The notes below the pieces were generated by a model. It was given only the letters and a program-made list of their open reading frames with translations. It was not told where the DNA came from and ran no database searches. Shown one piece after another: positions 11,736-26,312 of a DNA stretch of 64,000 nt (the first letter of the stretch is position 1; each line of letters opens with the position of its first letter). Source of the stretch: Bispira polyomma. Its lineage: Eukaryota. The translations under genes and the position numbers were made by a program. Location of the stretch: contig OZ287752.1 of the NCBI GenBank assembly GCA_965649765.1, positions 80,104,001 to 80,168,000 of the forward strand. The letters run 5' to 3'.

Positions 11736-14700
11736 CACTGATTTGTCTAAAACGAATTGATTGACTGGATATATCGTTTTTTGAGCAATCTCATTGGCTG
11801 AGACTAAGCAAATTTTAAAGAATGTTTCTTAATATAGTACCCGTTGACGAGGTAAACAACTAAGAATAAGGCAATGGCACCCCACAGAATTACCCTTACA
11901 TAGTATTTGTTTGTACTTCATAAAAAACCCACAAACTCCAGCTTAAATGAGATTCCATAATATTATTATTCTTACCTGGTATTTGTTAGGACTTCCTACA
12001 ACCACGAACTCCAGCTGTCATGGGAAGAATTACCTTTGTGTCCCAGTAAACAATAAGATGTCACACTCATTTCCACCCCTAATCAGTCCAATTAACAAGT
12101 TCCTTTGTAAAAATACAAATCTTTAGCCAACATAGAAAAGAGGACATCCTCCCCATCCTCACTGTAACCGGCACAGACACAATAGACAACATGACCTTAA
12201 TTAACCAAAATGAGGCTCTTCTAAAGCACCCATTTCCGCCGTTTTTCCTTGGGCATAAACAACTTTGGTGTGTTGTTCCAATGGAGTGTTTTGGTATACT
12301 CGCTAATAAGCCCCTTAAAACCTGTTTTTGTGATATAAAAATAGGATGTATGTAGCATGGAACTCTCATTATAAAGATCAGGACCTATACTTTTTTTGTA
12401 AACTAATTACCATGACAAATTGGTTAATGTAATTTTTTCATCTTATTTTTGACCTAGTGTTAAATGAATGGGTTATTAGTTTATTGCCATACTAATAGGT
12501 CATATTGTAATTGTCAGGACTTAACAACAAAAATAGTTTTAACAAAATTAAGATCAATCTGCGGAGTTGATAAATTGAAGGTAAACGTGAAGGTAAACTG
12601 TTTGTTTCTGACCAAGCAAAAAAATCAAATTGTGACTGCATTGGAGTTCTTGGCTGACAGCTCTGCATTTGAGTTGAAAGTTTAAATATTACTTTGAGAC
12701 TTGAGTTATGTCTAAGTAAGCCTGACTCTAAATCTGAGTTATAATCCTAGGAAGTTTGGAATTTCTCATGGCGACACTGCTTGTTCAGTGTCAACCATTA
12801 TCACAAATACTCCAAATTTTGAACAAGTCTAACCAGTGTAAGAAGTTTAGATAAAAGAGTTCCTGGTTCACAGGACCATTAACCTTAAAAAGTTACTGGT
12901 CCGTAGAGAAAGTTGACAGCCCGACATTTAAAGTTGAATTTATTACAATTTGTTAATAAAGAAGTGTTAGTAATATATAATAATAGACATAATATTAATA
13001 GTTTTCTTGTGTTATTTAATATTTATGTATTGTATAGATTTCTTAAATAAAAGTATACAACTTTATATTTTAGGCTTTTTTTTTTTTGTGCTTAATCTGC
13101 ATATTATCTCATGGAGTGGTAACTTGTGATTTAACTTGTTTATAATGAATTAAGACTGCCACGATATACCAATATATCGATATATCCTGATACAGTTTTC
13201 AAAAGCAAAAAGCCAATTCGTAGTTCTCAGGTGCATGCATCGTTACCGGAAGTGAAAATCTTTGGGGCACATAAACAAATGACATAAATTATATGACCTG
13301 GCATAATATATTAAAATGTTAATTCCCAGTTATTATTCCAAATAATACTCTCAGATTTGGATATTTGATGTATAAGTATTGGTTCTTTGCAAATATATTT
13401 ACTTTATTGTTAAAGGATAACATTCCCATTGAACTTTTATACAAACACCATATTTTGCAAAAAAAAAATGCTGAATAATAATTAATAACTCAGAAAATAC
13501 TGTAGGTCAAAATTTCGCAAAATATGGTGAGTAAGCTTATTATATTGCAATTACTATGCTATTTTTTTGCATCAAAATCCCTTCAGAAATGACTGAGATA
13601 TTAAATTTTAAATACGGGTACCCATACTTACTACATTTACAAGTACGTATTGATACAGTATTTTCACTAAATATTTTAATATCGCTCGCTTCCGGGTCGC
13701 GTTATAGACGAAACCTCACTCCGTGTGTTACATAAAATATATTCTAGCGAGATAGGAAGTTTTGAAAGTCGAGTACCACACCAAAACGCCCAAATTAGGG
13801 CCAAATATGATGAGAATGTAAGGGATTTGCAAGCTGCTTGTGTCAAAGAAAATAAAAACACCAAACGTCATCAAAACACCACAAAAATGGCGAGAAGTAA
13901 ATATTTAAAAAATTAAAAAGAAATGGGGTGTATATTTAACATAATAGCCCAAAATGGGACGTTTCTAGCTAATATACTCCACATACTATTATTTTAATTT
14001 ATAAAATCTTACTGGACAGACGGGCCGAGAGATCTGTACAGTTTCCTGTCCACTTGTGAATCATGATTATCTAAATATATAGTCAATTGGTCATTATCAG
14101 TAGACGTGTTCACGTCTTACTCAATGATTTTTTCCAGGAGTCTAAGCATGGACCTACTGAACACCAGAGCAACTTCCAAACTGGTCGAGTCAAACCAGGG
14201 TTGTTTGGTCAGCAGACCAATTCGTCAATCTAGACCATCAACCTAGAGACCATCTGGTCAGCAAACCAAATATCCCTAGCCACTGGGTCACAGAAAACCA
14301 CACTGTACATTTATCAATGTCATGGTACATTTATCAGGGGTTTTCTAGCATGCTCTTGGAGGTAGAACCCTGTCGAGTTAGTATGTCGGTAACTTTACCA
14401 GGGACAGAACTGTCAATTGTGTAAAATACATCAATCTGTTCAATACATTAAAAAGGATTTGATTTCAAATATCTGTTCAAATATCAAGTAAACAATTGCA
14501 ATAGTCCTGGGGCAGAACAAATCTATACAGGAGGAAATTACTTGTTACTAGGAATTCAATTTAGCTATTTTAACTATTGAGCTTAGATAGTAAAAATGAA
14601 TTCCCTCTAAAAAATTAGATTTTTTACCTATATTTTAACTAAAAATTGTCCTCTTCAAGCTTCATACTTCAAAAGATTTTCTATGTGTTTTCATCCAACA

Positions 14701-16334
14701 ATAAGGTGTCTTGAACTCCAATGTACCACATGTTTTGGAGCATAGGCCACTGCAAAATTAAGTAAATTTGCTTATCTGTTACAGTTTTCAACACAATTAT
14801 GGTTACAAGTGTTTGAATATTTTACAAATTTTGCCGACTGATTATGCTTGGTAAGTGTATTTATCTATTTCATTATATTTTTCACAGATGGCTATTTATA
14901 CTTACTATGCTACAGTAAATATATACACACGATGGATATAAAAAATACCACATCAAGCCATTACCGCATTAATTCAGTCATGAGTAATATCGTGCCACTT
15001 TCCTATCATGTCGTCAACCATATCAAATGTCAACCATATAATTACATACGCTTTTCAACTTGTTCACTTGAGATTTATAACAGCCTACTCTCAGGCTATA
15101 TAGCTAAGGGGCTGTTTAGGGCCGAAATATATTGAAAGGTCAGCTAGTAATTGCATTAGTCTGTTTAATTTACAGATAATCGTTTTTGCTCAAACATCTT
15201 TAAGGTACCCGTATTTCTTGAAAATGATCTTGTGTTAATTTAGTCTCACCTTAAGCATAAAATATAACCGACAATAGAAAATATAATTGAACTTCGTTAC
15301 CAACATAATTGTAATTGAATCTCTGGGGTTGCAAATGTAATTGTAATTTTTTTAGAGCACAGTAATTGTAATTAAGAGCTGATAATTGAAAATGACATTG
15401 TAATTGACCAAAGTTATTGACTTCATTCCTGTCAGAGTAAAGGTTATTTAACTGTTTTTCATATTTTATAGAACAATATAATCGACTTGAAGACTTTTTA
15501 CTTTAATTTTGCAGACACAAATACGAAACGCCAGTGACACCACTTGTGTGTAAGGTAGCCCGAAGGGGGGTAGCAGGGTCAGTGTTAAGTAGGGACTTTG
15601 TTAAGAATATTTCTGGTCTGTATGACCCCAGTTTTCATTGGCTGTCAATCAACCCAATTTACACAGATTCCCGCCAAATAGCCTAAGGAGTTTGTAAGGC
15701 AACACGCAATTTTATAATATAAACATTTTACTTTATTTTTACGGAAATCTGATACCTCAAGGAGATTCAACTGACGTTTGCTGATCTTACTGGAGTGTTA
15801 CGGATAACCAAATGCTTTGATATATGTGAGTATTGCTCTGCTGTTTGTGGGAGCAAATTGTTGGGGGGAGTATTTCACTTCTACTTTTATCGTGGTCAAG
15901 TTACAAATTATTTCTACATCTAGCAATTTATCCGCAGATATCAAAGCACGGTTCTGTTTATATTCTATTTCAGTGACTTAATTTATGACTATAATGAACT
16001 ATTAAGGAGATGGTACCCCGTAGACTTTATAAATGTGCAGCTTGTAACACAAAGCACATAAAGCAAATCAATGAACAGTGCCCTTGGCAAGACATGGAAA
16101 GTGACACTAAAGAAATTCAAAGTGACAGTACTATATCAGCTGGAGAGGTAAACCTTCAGATACTCTAAGAGTTAAAAGGACTTGGTAGTAGAATGGAGAA
16201 GATTGAGAAACGGGTGGACACTGGTGGACAGTTTAATAAATCCCCCGGTGAAAATGTAATAGCAAGTGTGCCCACAAGTAACAAATGGTCAGTAAGTACC
16301 ACACGAATACTGCAACCACAGGTTGCCACACAGA

Positions 16335-16465
16335 CATTTGGCAGGCAGCAGGCATTGCAGCAACCCCAGGAGCAGGCATTTGGTAGGCAGCAGGCGTTGC
16401 AGCAACCCCAGGAGCAGGCATTCGGCAGGCAGCAGGCTTTGCAGCAGACGCACAGGCATTTGGCA
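16335..16465 (+). repeat. 42-bp in-frame tandem repeat in gag of element B
   Basis: About 3 copies encoding AFGRQQALQQPQEQ. Confidence 0.9.
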
Positions 16466-17659
16466 CGCAGTAAAACCAATGGCCCACAGATGCGGATGAC
16501 CTGGTTGTCCCCTCTATCCAGACCTTAAGGTAATCTAACAAAGGGGGGGGGGGGAGCCGGAAACAGTATGGGTAAAGCAACATGTCCCCTGGCCCCAAAA
16601 TTTTATTCTAGGAGGTCAAAGTAAAAAAGGAATATCATACGACAACCTTTCTATGGCCCAGTGGGTCACCGGGTTTAGTGCTATAGTAAAAGAAGAAGAC
16701 CTCTTAAAAATTATGGAAGATTGCCATGACTTTAGTTGGTCGGCTGCCAAAGGCAGTCATGGCGTCCTCCTATGTCCATTGGAGGAAGGCAAAATATCCT
16801 TGCTTGATACACAAAAAAATGATAGGGTCAGACGAGTTCATGCTCAGAAACATGTACCTGCTTAAAATTCCTCTCAGTCACAGGGAAGTAAAAATGGCAG
16901 TAAAAACTTGGTAAAAACTTGCCTCACCCAGAAAAAGATTGTAGAAAAAAGGCAGCTGGCGCAAAAAACAAATGAGGCATTGCGAAACGGCAGTGAAATC
17001 AGGTGATTCGATAATGAAATGTATAGATATCAAAAGTGATTTTGAAAACAGAACAGGTCACACATTTTCCAGAATTGTTTTTAACTCGGGTAATAGCAAT
17101 GGCATAAGCTACAACTGGAGAGCTGATTCGGCTAAATTTACAAATAAAACGTATGCACAAGTCATGCAACAAGCTGGTAGACAGAAAAAGAGTACAAATG
17201 TATTTCGAACAAAACATAGCCTCCCCAGTTGTTACTTCAGACCCATCAAAAATGTCAAAAAATGTAACAATGTACATAACAATGTCTGTCAAGTAAATCT
17301 GTCTTAATGTCATAATACAAGGAAGGTGGGTGCTGGCAAGTTGCCCAGGTCTGAACCACCAAGTGTTAAAAACAATGGGGTTATCTCTTCGACCCGCTTC
17401 TTTCTCTCAATAAAACAGCACCCCTCAAAGAGGCATAAGAGGGAGCCCACACATTGAAAAGTGCAATAAACCAGTAAAAGTAAACACAGATACTTGTGGA
17501 GTACAGCAGGACAAGTATAACCTCCAAATCCGAGTAAAAAATAGACACTAAAATGGAAAGGCCCACAGCATTTGCCACATGTGGAAGGTGAACCCACACT
17601 GAGGTGACAGCCTGTGATTAGATGCCAGACTTGCTAACCACTCAACCACAGTGGACCTT

Positions 17660-19132
17660 TACACAGGGGTAAAAAATAGCAAACAACACAATTACTTGAA
17701 CAAACAACTAGTGGTACACTCACAACTCAACTATGACAAATTGAAATACCTCTTAAAAAATTACCAGGACACACACAGTTACCATATTTGATTTGATATG
17801 GGTTCCCATTAGATTTTGACAGAGATTGTGAGTTAAAACATAATGAACAAAACTCCACTCAGCTTGTGAGTTTAAAGAGGACGTTAAGGCATATTTGAAA
17901 GAAGAAAAAGACCATGGGGCAATGTAGGGTCCGTTTAACCGATCACCTATAGAAGGATTGCACATATCACCATTTATGACTAGAGAAAAGCAAGGCGCCC
18001 CTCATAGAAGGGTCATAATTGATCTGATAATTGAGCTTTCCACAAGGCCAATCAGTAAATGCAGCAATACACCAAAATCAGTATTTTGATTTTCAATCAT
18101 GGAATTTTTGCTAACACTTCCAACAAGTGATGACTTCACAAATGAGATAACCAAATAGGGCAAAAACGCATTAATTTACAAGTTGGACATAAATCATGCT
18201 TTCCGCCACGTCAAGTTAGGCGGAGCAGACTATGATCTGCTAGGCCTAAAGCTAGATAAGTATTACGTTGACACATGCCTAATCTTTGGCTACAGACACG
18301 GAAGTGCTATATTTCAATGTCTAAGTGACAGAATGCGTTATGTCATGCGCACTAAGGGCTATGATGTAATAAATTATATAGATGACATCATCGGTAAGAG
18401 AAAAGCCCCCAATGTCGCAACGCATATGACGCATTGTAGTTTCCAGTAAAAGAGTCATGTGTCTAGGCGCACTAATTGATACTGAAAATTTCACAATAGA
18501 AGTTCCTCCAGGGAAATTGAAGCAAACTCTGCAGTTATGTGACAGCTGGATAGAAAAAAAAAGAATGTTCCAAACAGGAACTGAAATCATTGTTGGGTTT
18601 ACTCCTTTATATAACAAAATGTGTGCGCATAGCAAGAATCTTTCTCAACAGGATGCTTTACATCCTACGTAGCGCCTTTGACGTAAAACGTATAAAGTTA
18701 GAACTCCCCTTCTTTCAAGATTTGAACTGATTCACTAAATTTACTAGAAAATTCAATGGTAAGGCATTCTTTGACCATAGCCCGGTCACTGACCAGATTG
18801 AATTGGATGCCTGCTTGACAGGCTTAGGTGGTAGATGCAATAATGTAGTGTATACAAAGGTGCTTCCACTTCACTATTTACAACTCAACATAGCTCACTA
18901 AGAGATGCTAAATATTTTAGTCGCTCTTCGCCTCTGGAAAAACACATGGCAAGGCAAGAAGCTAGTTGTACATTGCGACTACCAAGCAGTAGTCACCATT
19001 TTAAACTCGCGTAAGACTAAAGACTTAACCCTGGCAGCTGTTGCATGCAATATCTTTATGGAGGTAGCAGAGGCAGATAATAACTTAAGGCCTGTGCATA
19101 TATTAGGCAAACTCAATGAAACAGGCTTTTAG
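17660..19132 (+). pseudogene. RT-RNase H of element B
   Basis: ORF fragments 18183-18449, 18457-18672, 18905-19132; multiple stops and frameshifts. Confidence 0.9.
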
Positions 19133-19139
19133 GCCTGCC

Positions 19140-20057
19140 ACACAGCACACGTATAAAAGCATGTTTATGGTATTTTAAGCTTACAGCATATTTGCAAGCA
19201 TTGACAATAACTACATTTCACCCACAGTGGTACTCTCATTTCTCTAAGTATTGGTAGCAAGTAAAGTTTTCCAGCCATCAATTGCTAATTACCTGGCTGC
19301 TATCAAAGTTAAGCTTAGTCTGTATGGAATTAATATCTCGGCTTTCACAGACCAGCGACTCAAGTACTTCCCAAAGGCTCTAGCCCTGCAAAGACCTTTT
19401 AGGGCAAGAATTAATAAAGTAATTGATATCTCTCTGCTTACTCAGATAGTACAAATCTGTGACACTACGTACATGGGCCAAATTTTTAAGTCAGCTTATT
19501 TGCTAGTCTTCTTTTCATTTCTCAGGATATCAAATCTGGTACCTCACACACTAAATTCATTCAACACACTGAAACATTTGGCCAGGGCGGACGTTTTCTT
19601 CGGTCCCCTTGGTCTCCATATAATAATAAAGTGATCCAAAACCCTCCAGGATAGTAATTCTATCATAATCATCAAGGTTCCTCGTATACATAACTCGGTA
19701 CTATGTCTAGTAGTGGTCATAAAGAATACCTTAGCCCTTTTACCTGTGATTTAAAACTCCCCTTTGTTTTAATTTAAAGGTATAACAGTTTGGGTCCTAC
19801 TTACAGACTCAAAGCTAAGGCATAACCTTAAACAAATCCTTTCGAGACTGAATATGTCAGATTCTCCTATCACATTCCATGATTTTAGGCGTTCGGGGGC
19901 CACAATGGCGTTCAATAATCATGTCCCCCTCTAAGACATTCAAAACCACGGCACATGGACATCAGAGTATGTGTGTAAATATATCACAAAAGACCATGAT
20001 GCCTCTGACCAAGTGGTCATGGCATTTCAAAAGCTACTATTCAACCCTACTTTCTAA
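19140..20057 (+). pseudogene. Tyrosine recombinase of element B
   Basis: FFSFLRISNL (R), K*SKT, FHDFRRSGAT (HxxR), HGTWTSEYVCKYI (catalytic Y); stop at 20055-20057. Confidence 0.92.
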
Positions 20058-20149
20058 TTGGGGTTTGGTGCTCTCTTTTTAGTCACAAAAATCTTTGCGT
20101 GGGACTATGTTAAATGTGAAAATAACTGATGCTCCGATATTTTAGGCCT

Positions 20150-21070
20150 TCTAACGGAAATCAATATGGAAAATAAATTTGCAAATCGTGAAGTCATTGA
20201 CATTAGTGAAATATTGAATAAATACATGGTAATTAATCAAAAAGAATGGTCTGAAAATGTGATTTCAAAACCAAAATTACGACTCTATAAAATGTATAAA
20301 TATAAATTTAAAACAGAAGAGTATGCCCATACATATTTGCATAAACACGAAAGATCGATGATTGCACAGTTTAGAGCAGGGATATTACCCCTCCGTGTTG
20401 AAACTGGTAGATATTGTAACATAAAAGACGGTATTACTCAAAAAATGAGAAAATTGAATGTTAGTGAACGTATTTGTGAAATGTGTAACCTCGTTATGAT
20501 TTATACAGAAAAAGATCTTCTTAATAAATATGAACTTGTGTATCCCGGTATTCAAAAAATAAATGAAATTGATAAATTTATATTGATAATGCAAAACTCG
20601 AATAAAAAATCTGGCAACTTTTTTGATAAATGCATGGGAATGTAGAAAAAGTCTTCTGTTTAAAAATCAAATTTGACATATTAAAAATTGTATTTTGTGC
20701 GAAATTATGTATTCACACATATTGAATTATTGTGCTAAAATTATAATCATGGTAGAATAGCATAAAATTAATGTAATATATTTGAAATATTAGTAATTGT
20801 ATTTGTGCCGAATTATGTATTTACACACAATTATTGTGCTTGAACTGCTAAAACTGTATTCATGGTCAAATAGTATTGAATCAATGTGATGTTCGTCTTT
20901 ATAATCTTTTGAAATAATTTACATGCTAACCCTGTATTTTGTGTATTTCTTAAATTGTCACTAATAAGCCTTTAGGGGCTGGGAACTACTATTCTGTTTA
21001 TGTTATTGTTATTGATACATTGATATGTTCTAGTGACAGAAATAAACGAATAAACTACTAAAACTAAACT
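20150..21070 (+). mobile_element. RTE-X-like LINE 3' fragment
   Basis: KPKLRLYKMYK..RSMIAQFRAGILPLRVETGRY..ERICEMCN C-terminal motif, AT-rich 3' UTR, (AAACT)n-like tail; abuts the 3' end of element B. Confidence 0.75.
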
Positions 21071-21100
21071 ATATACTCAAAATACCATATCATGTATCTT

Positions 21101-21343
21101 AGACTAAAGTCCCCTTTAAGTATTAAACGTAAACTCAAATCTAACCTTAATTCACTAAGGTTACCCTAACTTAAATCACCATCTTAATTTAAGATGGCCT
21201 TAAAACTTCATCTGGCATCTTAGGCTAAGATAACCTTAACCTCAAACTTAAACTCAATTTAGGGTAACCTTAAAGTTTTACTTTCAACTTAATCTCAGTT
21301 AAGTGGTGACTTTACGACCATCTTAAACTGGTGACCTTAGTCT
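21101..21343. mobile_element. Palindromic MITE-like element
   Basis: AGACTAAAGTCCCCTTTAAG / CTTAAACTGGTGACCTTAGTCT inverted ends plus internal inverted pair TAAGGTTACCCTAA / TTAGGGTAACCTTA. Confidence 0.6.
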
Positions 21344-21834
21344 TTCAGTTTGTACATAAAAGTAGAATAACAAGTAGAATAAACTAATTATCCCAAAGGC
21401 TATATTTACTGTGTCAAAAGCAAACTTCAATGTCACCTTATGACACTGATATATTAGATCAAATCTTCAGTGCAAGAAACACATGTTAACACAAAGCAAA
21501 CAAAAGTATACCCAGAAAACTTTAAAAATAATTTAAACTCATCATCAAGGCTAATTGTGAAATATGTTTGTTCCACAGATCAATGTCCATGTTCAATGGA
21601 ATATTCACAAGAATAAAATAACAACAGTCATTAAATGAATGGCCAACATAACTTGAAAGTCAAGGATCACTGTGCAAACTTCATCGGCGGAATGATCTGC
21701 AAGGAAATGATATGAGTATTCCGTTAAGATTATGGTAATGGTGTGATTTTTTTTTGTTTTATTAAATAATAAGCGGTAAAGCGTTGAGTGATAGAAGTTA
21801 ATACATTATTTCGTCAAGTGTATCTAACTTTAGA

Positions 21835-22065
21835 ATTATTTTGTTAATGTCACTTTCAGCAACTGCATAATTATATCACTGCAGACAGTTCATTGGTGGA
21901 GGAAAGTCGAACAAGGAAACTGGACAAGGAAAGATTTCACAACTGTAAACCAACTGAATTTAGCATGTCTATTGCTAACTTTCACACAATCATGTCATTG
22001 TCAAAATTCGAACCCATGACTACAGAGGTAAGAGTGTTACATTTAGACCACCACAACCACCTCGA
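21835..22065 (-). mobile_element. tRNA-derived SINE related to 3865-4095
   Basis: Minus strand GGTTCGAATT B box, TTCCTCCACC body, GCTGAAAGTGACATTAAC tail. Confidence 0.7.
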
Positions 22066-22499
22066 GTATTTATAAAACACAGCATTCAGCAGTAACAGAA
22101 AACTTGCTATTTTAATACATAACGTCTGAAAGCCTACTGTTTTATAGTCACCTTTTATATACAATTCTGAATCCAGTTGAAACACACACACTTACAAACC
22201 CATCACCATTACAGCGTTATATGTATTCACCTTCTGTGACAAACATGTGCATAGCAGCTAATCTTCAAAGGACTGCAAGATCAGTCCATACACCTAAAAA
22301 ATTTGTACAACCTTAAACATTGCTTTGGCTATAGCTACATTTGGCCATACTTTCTGTCCATCACAGTACCTATTACAGCCCTGTACATCTGTTCTCCATA
22401 TTTATTTTGTCGTTCAAACTGAAAACATCAAGCTTACATAGTGAAGATATATGATTTGTATATGTTTAATTGTTTGTAGTCTTTTTTTTTTTTTTTTTT

Positions 22500-25400
22500 A
22501 TATTTATAGGAAGCATTTACATAAAAATTTTATCAACGTACAGTGATTTGTGACAGAATGGATTGATTGGTATTAGATTCAATTATACAGAACTTACATG
22601 ACCAATTACTAGAAGCAGCAGGTTCATTCGGTACAAACAATATTCCCTACCAAGCTGACATGTCAACTCAGCAAGTGTATACACACACTTCTCCTGTCAG
22701 AATACAGCTCGAACCTTTCCTTAGGCCCGCTTCGCACCTACTGGATGAGCAACAATCTACCTTAATGCTATTCATACTATTGAGTTTGGAATCATTGAAC
22801 GCTGAGCTTACCAAAGGGCTAGAGAAGGTGGAGCAGTTCAACGCCATTGGGGTCTCCTACTAGCTTAGTCATGCTACCCACAGCGCCTTGACCTGAAGAC
22901 GCGTTTGCACCACCATTTCCTTTCAAGCTGTCCCCACCATTATACACGGCATACGTGACTCGGCCAAACCAAGGTTTTTAAAGAGACATCATCGTCCCCA
23001 ACTTAGAAACACTAAGTAATAGTAATGACCAGGTGACCTGTCTCAATCTAAGCCCTTGCTTAAACAGAAGTCGGGCAGATTTAGTTGGGACAGCAACATT
23101 AAACAGGTTAAGTGCATCACAGCTTGCTATGCTGAACAACACAATCGGTGTAGTAACTAATAATAACAATAATTCTAGAGTGATCTGCAAATTATAAAAC
23201 AATGGTAAATACACTAATAAAAACGACCACAGTAACTACAGGCACATTTGTTGGCACTGTAGTAAGGAGGGCGGTATGGCATCTAAGGCTATATATGAGG
23301 GCTTCATAAAGGACCCTGTCAATGCTGATGTATTATTGAGCCGGCAAGGTTATGGGTCAATCTACTGGTTATATGCAGATTGAAAGGGTTCTTGCTGAAA
23401 ACAATAACATTGCCATATAGGTAATCAAAACTGTGTTTAGCATGAAGTTAGAGTTAATGTGACAAACTGGAAGCAATTTTGCCGACAGTGGATAATTTTG
23501 GCTCTGATATTATACCTGGCAAGTAACAAAACCCTAATTCATGGTTTTTATCACCACAGTCTAGATAATAAAATAAAATATATGCTTGTAAACATTTTTC
23601 CTCGTGAGGAACTAAAAATCAAAAACACATGTGTTACAGAGATATATGTTCTTGAATTTGCATGTATAAGTTCCCACGAGAGGGAGGACTTTTTGACTCT
23701 CATAAAAAACAGGCAAATAATGAATCTTACTATTATAAAAGAGATATCATGTGTTATCAACAGTATGGTCAGGACTGTACTCAGCAATATCTAAAGTAAT
23801 TGATACATGTAGTATCATTAATGTTAACTCAGAAGTAGACAGACCTAAGGCTGAAAATACACTGACCAGCACAACCAGTCCAGATGTGGGCACCCTGTAT
23901 TCACAGGAGACTAAAGCTAGTTGTCTTTTGGCAATAAAATGTACACATGACGTCTTCTTACAAATGAACACAGTTAAAATATGTGACAATTCTGTCAACA
24001 GCATAATTACTAATAGCAATCAATCTGAAGAATGAAGGGTTCATTACAGTTTATGTTACAAAATTTGAGTTTCACGATCCTTAACAGGAACAAGATGCTA
24101 TTCATTCAGTAAACACTATGATTAAAATTGCAGACATAAATAAAGGCACTAATCTCTCTAATTATAGGCAGGCGAGAATTCCACTTACATCACTAAGTTT
24201 GGAAATAAATGCTTCACGATTATCCTGACTAATTGCTTCTGCTATATATCAAGTTGTGAGACTAAAGCTTTCATATTAGCTTCTGTTATGTATCAAGTTT
24301 GGCTTTCCTCTTTCACTCACTGACCTTTGTAAACTAAGTAGTGACAAAGTCATAAACCACTATTTTGAACTACAATTCACATATGCTGTAAGGCAATAGG
24401 GGGTCATGTTAGGTCCAGTAAGCAAAGTGGTCAACACACTACCACTGTTCACCCCTTCTCACATGGCAAAAAGAGACTAACTTAAAGAGTAATTGTCAAC
24501 CTCTCATATCCATTGTGATGCTCGCTCAATGAAAACGTTGACAAGAAATACTTTGATGGGATCTAATTTGCTCTAAAATTCCCTACCATTGATGATATAA
24601 CACAATACTCACAACCACTGATCCAGTGTTATTTAAAATTGATGGCACTCGAGCATTCCGTAAGTTTGACCCTGAGAATTTGTCACATTCGTATAGATCC
24701 ATGGAAGCACAGAGTTTAAATGCTGTTCAGATGCAATTTCATCGCACATGCTCAACCACAATATATTTGCTACATCGATGCTTATGCAACAAAGGCAAAA
24801 CCAACAAAAATTTAATATTGATGCTGGGGTTTCCCATGAACACTTAAGAGTTTACCCCTTCCACCACACGCCTAAGTTGTCTAGGCATCAATTGCAAGCA
24901 GGTACCACAAGTATTCAGCAGGACAAACTTGGCAACATTATAAATATAACAACGATAGCAGACATCATAATTTTTATATTAAGTTTTAATCCCTTTTCGG
25001 GAAACTGCGGTAAATTCATGAATGTGTCAAGCCTGTTCACATGTTTATCAATAGGCTTCTGGCTGCATTCAGGCGGAACCAGCATACTAAAAAGTATGAG
25101 ATATCCACAGAAATGCGCAGTGATAAAGCGTGGTTTTTTAAATATTAACCTGAATATAATGGCAAGAAATACATAGATCCCATACCTATACCACACGTAG
25201 ATGACCTCCATCTGGATGCCTGGGGGACTGGTTCTGTACACGTAACCTTCCAACCAAAACACCCTTTTTTAGGAATGACATGGTGGTTCAGAGCTCTCAG
25301 AGGCTGGACTTCCCTCTGCTAAGCAGATAGGTCTGGGGTTCTAATCTTCTCAGTCATTCTCTGCACTGCCACAGCTGATCATATCATAGGATAAAAGCAT

Positions 25401-25500
25401 TATCTAGAGCCACTAATGTACTCAGTAGTGCATGTTGCTTGGTGATACATTTCTACATGCAACATTACCACATATTGTATTCACTGGGCTCAGTATGCTA
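22500..25500 (+). mobile_element. Highly decayed, internally deleted YR retrotransposon, copy C
   Basis: LNRLSASQLAM and HICWHC (gag; compare MNRLSYSQAL/YICANC at 43132), NYRQARIPL, KFGFPL, LKFPTIDDI, LFKIDGTRAFRK; boundaries uncertain. Confidence 0.72.
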
Positions 25501-25699
25501 TGGGCTGGTTTATTTGTTACCAACCTTCTTTTCATGTAACCATTTTATGTCTACTTTGTGTTGTTACCGTACACATTGTTTGGCCCTTTTTTTATAATGC
25601 TACACCCATTCTTGTATTGGTCCTGTATGGGGCGTACAATTTTTAATAATTAAATTATCACCACTATTTTACCATTTGTCAACCTGTACATTATACTAA

Positions 25700-26285
25700 T
25701 ATTTAAAAAATAAGAGCTCAAACTGTATCACAAACTGCGACTTACATAAATCACTACCTGGATTTTATGTTATATTGCCTTACCATCTTAAGTGGGCTGA
25801 ATTATGTATTATTCTCTATTTTGTATTATCTATTGTCTTGGTACTAATGTCTCTCTGTACCTTAAACAATTAAATTTGCTTCTCTTTCATTATAGACTTA
25901 TGTGTAAAATGTCTGTCAGCTCCTTTACAACTGTTGTTTTTCAACAGCTTTACTACCTTGCTACTTGTCTTTCCTTCAGTAATCTTAAGGAGGGAAAGAG
26001 GCTTTCTGATTTCTCTGTAAAATCCACAAAGAGGGCTCAATCTAGGGCTTCTTCCTTTACTGCCCCATGTTATAAAATAGCCTTTTTGGTCCACTAAAAC
26101 ATATCTCTTCAAACAAGATTACCCCTTCTTAATTTCTGCTTAGTACACCCCCATATCCTTGTTTATACCTTGGCTATGTTTTCGGACTTCTCGATTGGTT
26201 GATTAAATCTGTTGTTGCACTTTAGAAGATGCCTCGCATCAATAAGGTACATTAAAAATGCAAAATACAACATAATACAATACTA
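25700..26285 (+). mobile_element. Old L2 3' fragment embedded in the repeat unit (shorter copies at ~31775-32185, 37485-37895, 47228-47635)
   Basis: NVSLYLKQLNLL..QQLYYLATCLSFSNLKEGKRLS aligns with the L2 at 52450-52910; shared 3' UTR GCTTTAGAAGATG..GCATCAATAAGG and (TACAA)n-like tail. Confidence 0.75.
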
Positions 26286-26312
26286 TTACAGAATGTACAC
26301 AAGATGGCCAAG

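Larger units (their letters stand above)
15520..20150 (+). mobile_element. Tyrosine-recombinase retrotransposon, Ngaro-like, copy B (near complete, decayed)
   Basis: gag (SYDNLSMAQWVTGF, DCHDFSWSAAKGSH), spacer ORF, RT (DINHAFRHV, NYIDDI), RNase H (ELDACLTGLGG, MLNILVALRLW, HCDYQAVV), YR; no room for a methyltransferase between RNase H and YR. Confidence 0.92.

Noticed and set aside
15085-15140. Hammerhead-like GGC..GCCGAAA stem
   Set aside because: No CUGANGA core and no stem I pairing
13150-15430. Several MITE/hAT-like fragments (e.g. GTAATT repeats at 15290-15430)
   Set aside because: Probably TE debris, but matching termini or TSDs could not be defined
15590-20115. GGGACT(T/A)TGTTAA at both ends of element B as a split direct repeat
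   Set aside because: Only 13 bp match; the 3' end abuts the RTE-X fragment, so terminal structure cannot be established
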